Part shown: in pieces, positions 21,126 to 33,200 of the stretch
Layout: every line of letters starts with the position of its first letter
Numbering within the stretch: position 1 is the first letter of the stretch
Assembly (NCBI GenBank): GCA_963822275.1
Contig: CAWGHR010000033.1
Location: 25,279 to 89,278, forward strand
Source: an uncultured Alphaproteobacteria bacterium
GTDB taxonomy: Bacteria > Pseudomonadota > Alphaproteobacteria > Micropepsales > Micropepsaceae
Direction of reading: 5' to 3'
Length of the DNA stretch: 64,000 nucleotides
Notes under the pieces: model-generated
Seen by the model: only the letters and a program-made list of their open reading frames with translations
What the model was told of the DNA's origin: nothing
The model's database searches: none
Translations under genes and position numbers: made by a program

Positions 21126-23774
21126 ATGACCATCATCGAAAGAATTGTCGCTTATTGCTGCAAAAACGCGGCAAGAGTTATCGCGGTCTGCCTGCTCTTG
21201 TCGGTCGGCGCCCTTTGGTACGCGTCCAATCATTTCGCCATGGACACGAACAGCGAGACATTGATTTCGCCTAATCTGCCTTGGCGTCAAAAGGAAGCGC
21301 GCTTCGACAAGCTCTTTCCGCAGCGCAACAATCTGATTCTTGTGGTCCTCGACGGCGTAACCATGGAACGGGCGCAAGGGGCCGCGAATGCCCTGGCCGC
21401 AAAACTCGCCGAGAACAAAACACTGTTTCCCGCCGTGCGCCGTCCCGACGGCGGCGAGTTTTTCGACACGCATGGAATCCTGTATTTGTCGGAACAGGAT
21501 GTTCGCGATACGACGCAAAGACTGATCACGGCACAGCCCTTTCTCGGCGCCCTGGCGGCCGATCCCTCTTTGCGCGGTGTGATGGATGCGCTGAATGCAG
21601 CACTCCTAGGCATCGAACACGGGCAAGCGAAACTGTCCGACATCGATCGACCGATGGTCGCGTTCAACGACACGCTGGAAAAGGCCTCGCGGGGCAAGGC
21701 GGTCTTTCTGTCTTGGAGCACGATGTTCACCGGCACCGTCGGCGGCGCGCGGTTGCGGGCGTTTATCGAGGTCCAGCCCAAACTAGATTACGCCGCACTC
21801 TCGCCGGGAGAAACCGCAGAGAACGCCATCCGGCAAACCGCGCACGCATTAGGCCTGACGCCCGACAAAGGCGTGCGTGTGCGCCTGACCGGCCCCGTCC
21901 CACTCGCAGACGAAGAATTCGCCACCTTGGCCGAGCGCGCGGACGTCATGGGCCTGGCCATGTTGCTTGCGGTCACCTTCTCGCTGTGGCTGGCTGTCCA
22001 TTCCTTTCGTATCATCTTCTGCATTCTGCTCACGCTTGGTACCGGTCTGTTGGTGACGATGGCGCTCGGCTTGATGGCGGTGGGCGTTTTTAACATCATC
22101 TCTATCGCCTTCATTGCTTTGTTTGTCGGCTTAGGCGTGGATTTCGCAATCCAGTTTTCCGTGCGATACCGCGCGGCGCGCTACCGCGACAACAATTTGC
22201 AAAGTGCGCTGACGCGCGCGGGCCGCCATATCGGAATGCCGCTGGCGCTGGCGGCAGCAGCCACAGCGGCTGGTTTCTTCTCCTTTTTGCCCACCGATTA
22301 TATTGGCGTGGCCAAACTAGGTCTGGTCGCCGGCATTGGAATGATTGTCGCCTTCACGCTCGCCATTACCCTGTTGCCGGCGCTCATCATGATTATCAAT
22401 CCGGCCGGCGAAGAAGAGCATATCGGCTTTCGCTTCTTAGCGCCGCTCGACGGCTATATGAAAACGCATCGGCGGCGGATCGTCACGATCGGTGCTTTGG
22501 CCGCTCTCGTCTGCTTGGCGACCGTTCCTTTTCTTAAATTCGATTTCAATCCGCTCGACCTCAGAAGCCGCCATGTCGAATCTATGGCGACGCTGTTTGA
22601 CCTAATGCAAGATCCCGATACCTCGCCCAACACGATTGACGTGTTGGCGCCGTCGCTAGACGCCACCGACGCTCTGACGGACAAGCTCGAGAAAGATCCG
22701 CTTATCGGACGGGTTCTGACGCTAAAAAGCTTCGTGCCCGAAGACCAGCCGAAAAAGCTTGCGATGATCACGGACGCGTCGTTTTTGCTGGACTCGGCCC
22801 TTAACCCCTTTGTCGTCAAACCGCCTCCCGGTGACCGTGAAATCATTTCAAGCTTGGAGAGTACGGCTAAAGGACTAAAGGCGGCGGCAGGAGACACAAA
22901 AACACCCGTAGCGCAACATGCTCGCGATCTGGCGCGAACCCTTGAAACGCTGGCAAACGGCCCGCAACCCGCGCGCCTCGGAGCGGCGAACGCCCTGATA
23001 CCCGGACTCGACACCCTTCTCGAGGAAATGCGCCAGGCACTTCAAGCGGGGCCCGTAAGCATACAGACCATGCCGCCGGATATGGTGGCGGAATGGATTG
23101 CCAAGGACGGCACGGCACGCATCGAGGTGTTCCCCAAAACCAATGCTTACGATAACAAGTCTCTCAAACGCTTCAGCAAAGCGGTATTGGGCGTCACCCA
23201 AGAGGCGACGGGCGCACCGATCACGATTCAGGAATCCGGCGAGACGATCGTTCGCGCGTTCATCCAGGCCGGCGTCTGGTCCTTCATCGCCATCACCTTG
23301 CTGTTGATTCTCGTGCTACGGCGGGTCCGCGACGTCTTGGTGACGATCATGCCGCTCATCCTCACGGCGCTTCTGACGCTCGCAACCTGCCGCGTCATCG
23401 GTTTGCAATTGAACTTCGCAAATATCATCGCCCTGCCGTTGCTGTTCGGTATCGGCGTGGCGTTCAATATTTATTTTGTCGTGTCGTGGCGGGCCGGCAC
23501 CGACAATCTGCTGCAGTCGAGTCTCACGCGCGCGATTATCTTCAGTGCGCTGACCACGGCATCGGGCTTTGGCTCGCTGTGGTTGTCAAGCCATCCCGGC
23601 ACCGCCAGCATGGGCGAGTTGTTGATCATCTCGCTCTTTTGGACGTTGTTTACGACGCTGTTTTATCTGCCGGCGCTGCTAGGGCCCCACCCAGCGATCA
23701 GCCACCAAGAAGCTGCGCCGATTTCTCGTCGAGCTTCTTCGCCAAAGCTGCCGCCCCGCCCGCAGAGAAGGTAG
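21126..23774 (+). CDS. hpnN: Hopanoid transporter, MMPL/RND family
   Basis: VRLTGPV.LADEEF, LFVGLGVDF.IQF.VRYR, LNFANIIALPLLFGIGVAFNIY, SSHPGTASMGELL. Confidence 0.93.
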   Translation: MTIIERIVAYCCKNAARVIAVCLLLSVGALWYASNHFAMDTNSETLISPNLPWRQKEARFDKLFPQRNNLILVVLDGVTMERAQGAANALAAKLAENKTLFPAVRRPDGGEFFDTHGILYLSEQDVRDTTQRLITAQPFLGALAADPSLRGVMDALNAALLGIEHGQAKLSDIDRPMVAFNDTLEKASRGKAVFLSWSTMFTGTVGGARLRAFIEVQPKLDYAALSPGETAENAIRQTAHALGLTPDKGVRVRLTGPVPLADEEFATLAERADVMGLAMLLAVTFSLWLAVHSFRIIFCILLTLGTGLLVTMALGLMAVGVFNIISIAFIALFVGLGVDFAIQFSVRYRAARYRDNNLQSALTRAGRHIGMPLALAAAATAAGFFSFLPTDYIGVAKLGLVAGIGMIVAFTLAITLLPALIMIINPAGEEEHIGFRFLAPLDGYMKTHRRRIVTIGALAALVCLATVPFLKFDFNPLDLRSRHVESMATLFDLMQDPDTSPNTIDVLAPSLDATDALTDKLEKDPLIGRVLTLKSFVPEDQPKKLAMITDASFLLDSALNPFVVKPPPGDREIISSLESTAKGLKAAAGDTKTPVAQHARDLARTLETLANGPQPARLGAANALIPGLDTLLEEMRQALQAGPVSIQTMPPDMVAEWIAKDGTARIEVFPKTNAYDNKSLKRFSKAVLGVTQEATGAPITIQESGETIVRAFIQAGVWSFIAITLLLILVLRRVRDVLVTIMPLILTALLTLATCRVIGLQLNFANIIALPLLFGIGVAFNIYFVVSWRAGTDNLLQSSLTRAIIFSALTTASGFGSLWLSSHPGTASMGELLIISLFWTLFTTLFYLPALLGPHPAISHQEAAPISRRASSPKLPPRPQRR

Positions 23775-24306
23775 CGCCGTATTCCGAACGCTGAATGGCG
23801 AGCTGGCTCATATTGCCGTTCAGATAGATGTCGAGGATTTTCCACGTTCCGCCGGTTTGGCGCAGCTTGTAGCCGAACGGCACCGTTTGGGATCCGGCGA
23901 CCAGTTTGCTTTGAACCACACGATCGCTTCCACGTACCAAGATTGTGGGGTCGACGATAAATTTCTCGCCGCTAAAGCCATCGAAATTCTTCGCATAACT
24001 GGCGACCGTCATTCGCTCGAAAGCAACCAGCAATGCGTGTTGATCCGACGCGGACAATGTGGCCCATTTGTCAGGGCCAATGGAAATGGCAGCCATGTCC
24101 GCCAAATCGAATGTCTGTTCGATCACCGGCTTGAGCTTATTGTAACGACCCTGAGTGCCAAGCTCTTTGGCATGCTTCATGGAATCGAGCAGCGCATCGT
24201 AAAACGTCTGCACCTGCTGGACAGCGGGATCGGATACTTGCGCCGTCGCGGTCGAGGTTGCTATCGCACCGCCAAGCAGGATTGCTGCAACGAAGGTTTT
24301 CTTCAT
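23698..24306 (-). CDS. hpnM: Hopanoid-associated MlaC-family periplasmic protein
   Basis: Signal peptide; RY.KL.PVI..TFDL..MA, YA.NFDG.SGEKF, WKILDIYLNG..SQLA..RSE. Confidence 0.85.
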   Translation of the reverse strand: MKKTFVAAILLGGAIATSTATAQVSDPAVQQVQTFYDALLDSMKHAKELGTQGRYNKLKPVIEQTFDLADMAAISIGPDKWATLSASDQHALLVAFERMTVASYAKNFDGFSGEKFIVDPTILVRGSDRVVQSKLVAGSQTVPFGYKLRQTGGTWKILDIYLNGNMSQLAIQRSEYGATFSAGGAAALAKKLDEKSAQLLGG

Positions 24307-24400
24307 GGTATCGATTCTCATAAGTGCCTCTTAGATTCCTGACCGCATTCACGCACTATAATAGAACATTCTTGGCAGAATTTGGTTCGCGGAGCGCCGT

Positions 24401-25312
24401 TTACGTTTCTCGGTCCAGCAAAAACAGCGGCAAGCTGCGCAAAGCATCGGCTTCGGGCCCATAGGGCATCAGCGCTTCGATAGCCCGCTTGGCAATGCTT
24501 TCCGCCTGGGACCGCGCCCCCTCTATGCCATAGATGGACACCAATGTGGCTTTGCCGTGTTGTTTGTCTTTTCCCACCGCTTTTCCGGTTTTTTCCGCCG
24601 TGCTCGTGACGTCAAGAAGATCGTCGGTGATTTGAAACACCAAGCCCATATCCCGCGAATAATTGCGCAGGCGAGTTTGGTGTTCCACACCGGCTTCGCC
24701 GAGAATCGCTCCGGCCTCGCAGGAAAATTCGAAGAGCTGTCCGGTTTTTAGCCTCTGTAGCAGAATTACTTCTTCGGCGCCGAATGCGCTCTCGCCGGCG
24801 CGCATATCGATCATTTGTCCGCCGATCATACCATTGGAGCCCGCCGCTTCTGCCAGGCGCGAGATCAGCTGACAGCGAACTTCTGCCGAGCGATGGGTTT
24901 CCGCCCGTGCGAGAATTTCGAATGCGATGGTCAACAACGCATCCCCCGTCAGAACCGCGGTGGCTTCGTCGAACGCTTTATGCGTGGTCGGCCGGCCGCG
25001 CCGAAGGTCGTCGTCGTCCATGCACGGCAAGTCATCGTGAACCAGCGAATAGGTGTGCAGCACTTCGATCGCTGCCGCCGCCCGAAATGCGTTGGCAGGG
25101 TTAACGCCAAAAAGGTTTGCACAGTGTACGACCAGAAACGGCCTTAGCCGTTTGCCGCCGGCGAAAGTCGCATAGCGCATCGCCTCGTGAATACGCCCAT
25201 GCAAGCCATGGGGTTGTGGTAAAGCGTGCTCGAGCACCTTTTCGACGGCTTTAGCCACCTCGTTCATGGCACCCGTTAGGCGCGAAAAATCACCGCCTTG
25301 CGCGCTATTCAT
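24401..25312 (-). CDS. ispA: Farnesyl diphosphate synthase (polyprenyl synthetase)
   Basis: [40 protein letters not shown]...GKAT. Confidence 0.93.
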   Translation of the reverse strand: MNSAQGGDFSRLTGAMNEVAKAVEKVLEHALPQPHGLHGRIHEAMRYATFAGGKRLRPFLVVHCANLFGVNPANAFRAAAAIEVLHTYSLVHDDLPCMDDDDLRRGRPTTHKAFDEATAVLTGDALLTIAFEILARAETHRSAEVRCQLISRLAEAAGSNGMIGGQMIDMRAGESAFGAEEVILLQRLKTGQLFEFSCEAGAILGEAGVEHQTRLRNYSRDMGLVFQITDDLLDVTSTAEKTGKAVGKDKQHGKATLVSIYGIEGARSQAESIAKRAIEALMPYGPEADALRSLPLFLLDRET

Positions 25313-25543
25313 CCCAAGTCACCCTGTTTCTCCCCCGCCGGGCGAAGCCGCCGCCTATCTATCGCAATCTTGCGCCAAGGCAAACGACGCTAAGTCGCGG
25401 TACGTTGCACCGGCAAGCGTGGCAAGAAAGTCATTGCGTCTGCGAACGGCTTCCGGGAAAATGTGTCGCAGCGGGTGGGCGACTGAATTTCCCCTTTGGC
25501 GCTGGGGATTTAGCTCACAAAGGGGCCTGCGCCTGGAGACGGA

Positions 25544-26473
25544 ATGATGCGTGTCGTCCTTGCCCAGCCGCGCGGCTTTTGCGCGGGCGTCGTGCGAGCG
25601 ATCGACATCGTCGAGCGCGCCCTCGAAAAATATGGCCAGCCCGTCTATGTGCGCCATGAGATCGTCCACAACCGCCATGTCGTCGAAACGCTCAAGAACA
25701 AGGGCGCACGCTTTGTGGAAGAACTCGATGAGGTACCCGATGGCGCTGTGACGGTTTTCAGCGCCCATGGTGTGGCCCAGACGGTTGTACAGGAGGCGTC
25801 CTCGCGGGGACTTCCCGTTCTCGACGCGACCTGCCCGCTCGTTTCCAAGGTCCATAGCCAAGGCAAGCGCTATGTCGGCAACGGCCGCACCTTGATTTTG
25901 ATCGGGCATGCCGGGCATCCCGAGGTGGAAGGCACGATGGGCCAGGTCGGCGCACCCGTGCATCTTGTGCAATCGGAAGAAGACGTCGAAGGACTCGGAA
26001 TCGAACGCGAAACGCCGGTCGCGTATGTGACGCAAACGACACTCTCCATCGATGACACAAGAAACATTATCGCGGCACTCAAGCGCCGCTTCACCGACAT
26101 CGTTGGACCCGACATCACCGACATCTGCTATGCCACACAAAATCGGCAATCCGCGGTGCGCGAATTGTGCCGCGTGTCGGAAGTCATCATTGTCGTCGGC
26201 GCCAAGAACAGCTCGAATTCGAACCGTTTGCGCGAGATCGGCATCGAGGAGGGCGTACCATCCTACTTGATTGCGGACGGAAGCGAACTAGATCCTACCT
26301 GGGTAACAGGCAAAAAGACCATCGGACTGACGGCCGGCGCGTCGGCGCCGGAAGCTCTGGTGGAGAACGTAATCGCAGCTCTGCGCGAAATCGACCCAGA
26401 CGTCGAGGTCTCGCAAATGGACGGCAAAAAGGAACATATCGAGTTTCGGCTTCCCCCCGAACTCAGAGGCTAG
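25544..26473 (+). CDS. ispH: 4-hydroxy-3-methylbut-2-enyl diphosphate reductase
   Basis: [43 protein letters not shown]. Confidence 0.97.
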   Translation: MMRVVLAQPRGFCAGVVRAIDIVERALEKYGQPVYVRHEIVHNRHVVETLKNKGARFVEELDEVPDGAVTVFSAHGVAQTVVQEASSRGLPVLDATCPLVSKVHSQGKRYVGNGRTLILIGHAGHPEVEGTMGQVGAPVHLVQSEEDVEGLGIERETPVAYVTQTTLSIDDTRNIIAALKRRFTDIVGPDITDICYATQNRQSAVRELCRVSEVIIVVGAKNSSNSNRLREIGIEEGVPSYLIADGSELDPTWVTGKKTIGLTAGASAPEALVENVIAALREIDPDVEVSQMDGKKEHIEFRLPPELRG

Positions 26474-26482
26474 GAGCAAAAA

Positions 26483-27632
26483 TTGGGTATTCCGGCAATG
26501 CAGGCGGCCCGTATCGGCGCCTATGTTCTCAAGCAGCATATTAGCGGCAGGAAACGGTATCCGCTGGTGTTGATGCTCGAACCGCTTTTTCGCTGCAATC
26601 TCGCCTGTTCGGGATGCGGAAAGATCGACTATCCCGATGACATCCTGAATCAGCGCCTAAGTTATGACGAATGCATGGAAGCGATCGACGAGTGCGGCGC
26701 ACCCGCGGTATCGATCGCCGGCGGCGAGCCGTTGCTTCATCGCGAAATGCCCAAAATCGTGAAGGGCTTCCTGGCGCGCAACAAATTCGTCATCCTTTGC
26801 ACCAATGCGCTGTTGCTGGCGAAGAAGATCGACGATTACGAGCCCAATCCCAACTTCACCTGGTCGATCCATCTCGATGGCGACAAGGGCATGCACGACA
26901 AATCCGTGTGTCTGGAAGGCACCTATGAGAAGGCCGTCGCGGCGATCCAACTGGCCAAGTCCAAGGGTTTCCGCACCCAAATCAATTGTACATTGTTCCA
27001 GGATGCCGAGCCGGAGCGCGTCGCCAAATTCTTCGACGAAATGATGGCGATGGGCCTGGACGGTATTACGGTGTCGCCTGGCTATGCCTATGAGCGCGCG
27101 CCCGACCAGGAGCATTTCCTGAATCGCGAGCGCACCCGCAAATTGTTCCGCGATATTCTTGGACGCGGCAATGGCGGCAAGAAATGGGCGTTTACGCAAT
27201 CCGACCTGTTCCTCGATTTCCTCGCCGGCAATCAGACCTATGAATGCTCGCCCTGGAGCATGCCCGCGCGCACCGTATTCGGCTGGCAGAAGCCTTGTTA
27301 TCTGCTCGGCGAAGGGTATGTGCAGACCTTCAAGGAGCTGATGGAAGATACCGATTGGGACAAATACGGCGTCGGCAATTACGAGAAATGCGCCAACTGC
27401 ATGGTCCATTGCGGCTTCGAAGGCACGGCCGTCAAAGATTCCGTCAAGAATCCGCTCGAAAATGATTCCGATTGCAATGCGCGGAATCAAGACCGACGGC
27501 CCGATGGCGCCGGACATCTCGCTCGCCCATCAACGGCCGGCGGAGTTCGTCTTTTCGCGCCACGTGGATAAGAAGCTAGCGGAGATACGGGCAGCCAAGA
27601 CTGGGGCCGAGAAGATTGCGGCAGCGGAATAA
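26483..27632 (+). CDS. hpnH: Adenosyl-hopene transferase, radical SAM (frameshift ~27460)
   Basis: YPLVLMLEPLFRCNLACSGCGK, GYAYERAPDQEHFL, CANCMVHCGFE. C-terminus GIKTDGPMAPDISL..QRPAEFVFS continues in a shifted frame to TAA 27632. Confidence 0.93.
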
Positions 27633-28242
27633 GGTGCTGAACGCCTTGCCCGCTTCGCGCCCGGTGCGCATCAGCTCCGGAATCTGAGAAGGCTCGAGCA
27701 GTACCGATTTGAGAACGGAAAGAAGCCGCGGCTTGCCGTTGGGCCTGAGCGGCTCTAAAGCCGCAGGCGGCAACGTGTGATCGGATTTATCGGAAATTAC
27801 CCGCAAAGCGGCGAAGGGCAATGCATGCTGCTTCGCGAAACGGGCCGCGATATGCGATTCCATATCGACGGCATGCGCTCCGGTGACGCGAAACAGGGTT
27901 TTCTTCTGAGCGATATGACCCACCACGGTGTCGACGCCGACCAGGCCTACGGATTGGGCCTGTTCCAGCTTGGTCCGCAGAATTTGCGACCAGCGAACAT
28001 CGGTTTGATAGTGTTCGCTTTCGGTCACGACATGCGTCGCGATGACGGCATCTCCGGTATCTAGCAACGGCGCCAGGGCCCCCGCAATACCGAAACTGAT
28101 GACTGCCGTGGCATCCGATGCGGCGGCGTGCAGACGTTGCTTCAATAGCTGCGGAATCCCCCCCACCGATAATGGCAACGAGACCGGCGCGCTTGGCGAT
28201 GCGCGCCTCTTTGGCAAGCCCGACGACGGCGATGATGCTCAC
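27576..28242 (-). CDS. hpnG: Hopanoid-associated phosphorylase (frameshift ~28150)
   Basis: VVGLAKEARIA, ISFGIAGALAP, AVDMESHIAA, LRVISD. Follows shc. Confidence 0.87.
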
Positions 28243-28244
28243 TG

Positions 28245-30205
28245 TCAGAGTCCGTAAGCGACGCGGCGCGAATTGCCGGCCTTCAGATTGCGGTAGCGCG
28301 CCACCGCCCAGAGCGGAAAGAACTTCGGATAGCCGTGATAGCGCAGATAGAACACGCGCGGAAAGCCGCCGCCGGTATAATGCTCTTGCGCGCCACAAGC
28401 CGTCATCTTGTTGTGTCGCCTGCAGATAGGCGATGCCGCGCGCCACGGCGGGATGATCCACCTCGCCCGCCGCCATCAGGCCCAGCAACGCCCAGGCGGT
28501 CTGTGAAGCGGTGGACGGCGCAGGTTCGTAACCTGTATAGTCGAGCTTGTAGCTGTTGCAATCCTCGCCCCAGCCGCCATCCGCATTCTGGATGGCGATC
28601 AGCCAATCCGCCGCGCGCCGGATCATCGGTGTTATGCGGATCCAGACCGGCGCGCATTCAATCCCGCCAGCGCCGACCAGGTGCCATAGATGTAGTTGAC
28701 GCCCCAGCGGCCGAACCAGCTTCCGTCTTTTCGCTGCACGCGTTCGAGATAGTCGATCGCCGTCTTTCATGCGCGGGCTTGTGGCGGGCTCGCCCAATTG
28801 CGCCAGCATGCCGACGCAGCGGCCCGACACGTCCTCGGTCGGCGGATCGAGCAGCGCGCCATGATCGGCGAAGGGAATGTTGTTCAGATAGTAATAGGAG
28901 TTGTCGGCATCGAAGGCGCCCCAGCCGCCGTTTTTGCTTTGCAGGCCCTCCACCCATTCGCGACCGCGCGCGATGGCGTCCCTGTAATCCGTTTTCGGCG
29001 CAACGCTCTCTTTGGCGCGGTCCAGCGCCATCACCACCACGGCGGTGTCGTCGAGATCGGGATAATAGGCGTTGTTGTACTGAAAGGCCCAGCCGCCGGG
29101 ACGCACGCCGGGCTTTTCCTCCGCCCAATCGCCTTTCACATCCAGAACCTGGAGCGGCTTCAGCCATTCAAGCCCGCGCGCCACAGCGGCATCGGCCTCG
29201 ACCGTGCGCGCTTCCATCAGCGCATGGCAGACCAGCGCCGTATCCCACACCGGCGAGACGCAAGGCTGGCAATAGGCTTCGTTGTTCTTTCACGACCAAC
29301 AGCTTTTCGACCGATTTGCGGGCAATGGCGCGGTCGGGATGCGTCGGGGGGATAGCCCATCACGTCGATACATCATCACGCTGTTGGCCATGGCCGGATA
29401 GATCGCGCCCAGCCCGTCCTCGCCATTCAGCCGCTCGGTCGTCCAGCGCACGCATTCTTTAATCGCGCGCTCGCGCAGGCGCCTTCGGCCAAAACGGTTC
29501 GAGCCGTTTCAACACCCAATCGAGCGCGCCAAAGAACGCCGACCAGAACGCGCTTTGATGCGGGCGCGCGCTTGGAGGCCACTTTGCCGGGCACGAACAG
29601 TTCTTTCACATGCACGCCGCGCGGATTCTTCGCCAATGGCTTTTTCGCCGCCAGCACCAACAGCGGCACGATCACCGTGCGCGCCCAATAGGACATCTTC
29701 GAGAGATGGATCGGGAACCAGCGCGGCAAAAGGATTAGTTCGGCGGGCACGGTCGGACATGATGTTCCAGGGCACATCGCCGTAGAGCGCCAGCTGGATG
29801 CGGGTGAAGACATTGGCCTTGCCCGCGCCTCCGCGCTTTAGAATCTCTTCGCGTGCCCGCTCCATATGCGGCGCTTCGGGATCGTCGCCGATCATCTTCA
29901 GCGCGAAATAGGCCTTCACCGTGGCGCTGATATCGAGCGCGCCGGCATGATAAAGCGGCCAGCCGCCATGAGCGCCTTGGATGCGGCGCAGATAGACGCC
30001 GATCTTCCGTTCCAGTTCGAGATTGGGTGTTTCCGCCAAGATAATGCACCAGCAAGACATATTCCGCCGGAATCGTGGCATCGGCTTCCAGTTCGTAGAC
30101 CCAATGGCCGTCGGGGCGCTGCTCTTTGAGCAAAGCGGCCGTGGCATCGCGGATGATCGCATCGACCGCGAGATTTCCTTCCTTTGCCATGGTCATTTGA
30201 TTCAT
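28245..30205 (-). CDS. shc: Squalene-hopene cyclase (multiple apparent frameshifts)
   Basis: [44 protein letters not shown] (DxDD), [33 protein letters not shown]. Confidence 0.95.
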
Positions 30206-30225
30206 GCGCCCACCCTATTCGGAGA

Positions 30226-31482
30226 TTATACGGCTGTCCGCGTCCATGCCAATTGGGCAGCCTTGTGACCGGAGCGTATGGCGCTTTCTATCGTGGCCGG
30301 AAGACCCGTATCGACCCAATCCCCGGCCAGCAAAAGATTGCGCCAGTTTGTGGCCGTTTGAGGCCGTTTTGCATCCTGTTGGGGCGTCGCTGCAAAAGTG
30401 GCGCGCTTTTCCTTGACGATTTGCCAAGGCGGCAAACCGCACGACAGACCGTAAGCGCGCTCCACATCGGACCAGATGAGTTGCGCCAGCGCCTCGCGTT
30501 CCTTGTCGACGATGGCATCCGCCCCACTGATCGTTACCGAAACACGATCCGGAAAGGCGAATATCCATTCCGCGGTTCCCCCGATCACGCCGAGCATCGC
30601 AGGCGCGCCTGGTGGCGGAGCGATCTTGAAATGCGCATTGACGATGGAGCGGAACTCGTCCGGTGCGGAAATTTTCGGGACCAACTCGCGCACCACCCAA
30701 GGCGGTATCGCCAGCACCACCGTGTCGTCGGTCGTCACGGGGAGCGTGCCGTCGGGAAATTCGAGCGCCACAGCTTGGCGATTGTCCAACACCATCCGCC
30801 TGAGCCTCTGACCCAGGCGGACCTCGACGCCCTTGGCGGCAAGGAAAGCGATTGCCGGTTCCACAAAGGCGCCTGCCAGTGTGGGATGAGCGATGCGCGG
30901 ACGGTAGGCCCGTCCGCCCTTTGCCAAGGTTTCGCGGAGGACGGCGCCCGCGAGAGAGGCTGAAGCCAATTCAGGCTCAGTGTTCAGCGCAGCCAGCAGG
31001 AAGGGGCGCATCAACCGGTCCCACAAGGCGCCTTCGCAGGGAATGACATCGGCAATGCGCCGCGAGGACCCCGCCAGCATCAGCGGTACCAGCCGGACAT
31101 AGTCCATCGGCTCGGTCCCGGGCACGCGGCGCAATGCGGAGAAAATCCACCAAGGCAGCGGCCCTTCATTTGGCATCAGCCGCCAACGCGCTCCGCTCGC
31201 CAGATCCACGAAAACAAATTCCGCATGCTCGGGACCCACCAGCGCATGCTCCGCACCGATGGTGCGAAGATAGGAGCGCACCGCATGATTGCCCGACAGC
31301 ACGAGATGATTGCCGTTGTCGATAACACAATCGAGGGTCGGATCGAAATACGAGCGGCAGCGCCCGCCCGCTTGTCCGGCTGCTTCGAACAGCACGACGC
31401 GCGCACCCTTGTCGGCCAGCGCCACGGCTGCGGAAAGTCCCGCCAGCCCACCGCCGATCACATAGTTCACCGGTGTGCTCAT
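30226..31482 (-). CDS. hpnE: Hydroxysqualene dehydroxylase
   Basis: IGGGLAGLSAAV, GGRCRSYFD...IDNGNHL.LSGN, EKRATF, LAGDW.DTGLPATIE.AIRSG. Confidence 0.93.
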   Translation of the reverse strand: MSTPVNYVIGGGLAGLSAAVALADKGARVVLFEAAGQAGGRCRSYFDPTLDCVIDNGNHLVLSGNHAVRSYLRTIGAEHALVGPEHAEFVFVDLASGARWRLMPNEGPLPWWIFSALRRVPGTEPMDYVRLVPLMLAGSSRRIADVIPCEGALWDRLMRPFLLAALNTEPELASASLAGAVLRETLAKGGRAYRPRIAHPTLAGAFVEPAIAFLAAKGVEVRLGQRLRRMVLDNRQAVALEFPDGTLPVTTDDTVVLAIPPWVVRELVPKISAPDEFRSIVNAHFKIAPPPGAPAMLGVIGGTAEWIFAFPDRVSVTISGADAIVDKEREALAQLIWSDVERAYGLSCGLPPWQIVKEKRATFAATPQQDAKRPQTATNWRNLLLAGDWVDTGLPATIESAIRSGHKAAQLAWTRTAV

Positions 31483-32333
31483 GCGCCAAGACCATGTCGC
31501 AACACGATCATCGCCAGTTGCGTCTTTGGAATACGAGCCCGTTGGCGCGGCGGCGCCCAGCCCGCGGCCTCCATCTTGCGCAATATTTCTGCATAGACCG
31601 CGCCCATCAAACGCGGAGCGCGCAAATTGCCTTTTGGCTTGGCACGCAAGATGCGGTTTGCTTCTTCGTAATGATTGTGCGCAAGGTCGGCCACGTCGTT
31701 GCACGCTTTGTCGACCGCCGGATTGGCCAGCGCCGTACGCGCATTGTGGTAATCGACTCCCGCCGCTTCAAGATATTCGCGCGGCAAATAGAGACGCTCG
31801 ATGGCGGCATCTTCATCCAGATCGCGCAGGATATTGGTGAGCTGCAAGGCGCGGCCCAGATGGTGAGCAAGCGCAAAGCCGGGCGCCTCTTCCATGCCGA
31901 AAACCTTGATCGACAATCGGCCAACCGCGCTTGCTACGCGGTCGCAATAAAGGTCAAGTGTAGCCAGATCGGGCGCGACAATGTCGCTGGAAACATCCAT
32001 ATCCATGCCGTCAATGACCGCCAGAAAATCCTCCATACGGGGCGCATAGAGAGCGGCCACATCTGCGAGAAAAGCGGCCCGACCTGCGGGCCTGCCGGCA
32101 AAAAGAGCCGCTATATCGGCTCGCCAGGCATCCAGCGCCGCATGGCGTTCCGGCCGCGTCCCTTTGCCATCATCCGCGATATCGTCGACCGCGCGGCAGA
32201 AGGCATAGATCGCATACATCGCCTCGCGCTCGGCCTTTGGCATCAACCGCATAGCCGCATAGAACGAGCTGCCGGAGGCCTTGCGGCGCACGGCTTCGAT
32301 TTCGGGTGCGGATGACGGTGACGTATCGGTCAT
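31479..32333 (-). CDS. hpnD: Presqualene diphosphate synthase
   Basis: SGSSFYAAMR, YAFCRAVDDIAD, YCDRVASAVG, ALQLTNILRD..ED...RLYLP. Confidence 0.93.
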   Translation of the reverse strand: MTDTSPSSAPEIEAVRRKASGSSFYAAMRLMPKAEREAMYAIYAFCRAVDDIADDGKGTRPERHAALDAWRADIAALFAGRPAGRAAFLADVAALYAPRMEDFLAVIDGMDMDVSSDIVAPDLATLDLYCDRVASAVGRLSIKVFGMEEAPGFALAHHLGRALQLTNILRDLDEDAAIERLYLPREYLEAAGVDYHNARTALANPAVDKACNDVADLAHNHYEEANRILRAKPKGNLRAPRLMGAVYAEILRKMEAAGWAPPRQRARIPKTQLAMIVLRHGLGA

Positions 32334-33200
32334 AGCGGGCGTGCCGCCCTTTTAGAGCCAAGCCGGGCGCCAAGAAAGCGCGTGAAGGCCGCAATCAAGA
32401 GCCCCGGCAGCTCGCTTTTGCGATGATGGACACGCTCGGACAAAGGATCGCGGACCAGAAGCCGGTTGTTGAGGTCTTCCGCTAGGCTTTGGATGACGCT
32501 GACCTCCAAGGCCAAACGCCGGTCGTCTATCTGTGCTGCGAATGGGGCCGATTGCGCCAGCAACAGGGCGTTGCGCTGGGCGAGTGCCGTTATCACCGCC
32601 CGCAGAGCCTGAGAGGCCCGCGGCGCACGCAAATCCTCCGGCGTTGCGCCATGCGCCGCCATGGTGTCGAGCGGAATATAGACGCGGTCGAGCCCGCGAA
32701 AATCCTTGGCGCAATCCTGCAAATGATTGATGACCTGGAGTGCGGCGCATAGCGCATCGGAGAGTGGCCAGATCGCACGGGACTCGCCATGCACATCGAG
32801 CACATAGCGCCCTACCGGCATCGCCGAGTAGCGGCAATAATCGATCAGCTCGTCCCAATCGGCATAGCGCAGCTTCGTGACATCGCGGCGGAAGGCTTCC
32901 AGAAGATCGGCGGCGTGATCGGTCGCAAGTCCGCGCTCGGCGAGCAGTTTGCGCAACGCGACGCCCTCCGGCGATGCATCGCTCTCGCCCATTAAGCCCG
33001 CGCGCATAATTTCCAGCAGACGAAGTTTTTCGTCAGGCGTCGCGGTTTCGTGATCGGCAACATCGTCGGCCGTTCGCACAAATCGATAGAAGGCGAGAAT
33101 CGCCGGCCGATGGCGCGGATGGATGAGCACCGAAGCGACGGGAAAATTCTCGTCGCGTATGGCCTTTGCCGGATGACAACGCCGAGGCTTGTTCGCTCAT
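32330..33200 (-). CDS. hpnC: Hydroxysqualene synthase (frameshift ~33155)
   Basis: SGKGH..ENFPVAS.LI, FYRF.RTADDVAD, YCRYSAMPVGR, LQVINHLQDC.KD. Confidence 0.92.

Noticed and set aside
23698-23774. Convergent 3' overlaps hpnN/hpnM and hpnH/hpnG as antisense regulation
   Set aside because: Short tail overlaps are common in GC-rich genomes, and the exact stops are uncertain given the indel rate.
27787-29250. Shc-HpnG read-through ORF (and similarly HpnJ-HpnK, 36774-37667)
   Set aside because: Mosaics of correct and shifted frames; the normal termini are recoverable by frame correction.
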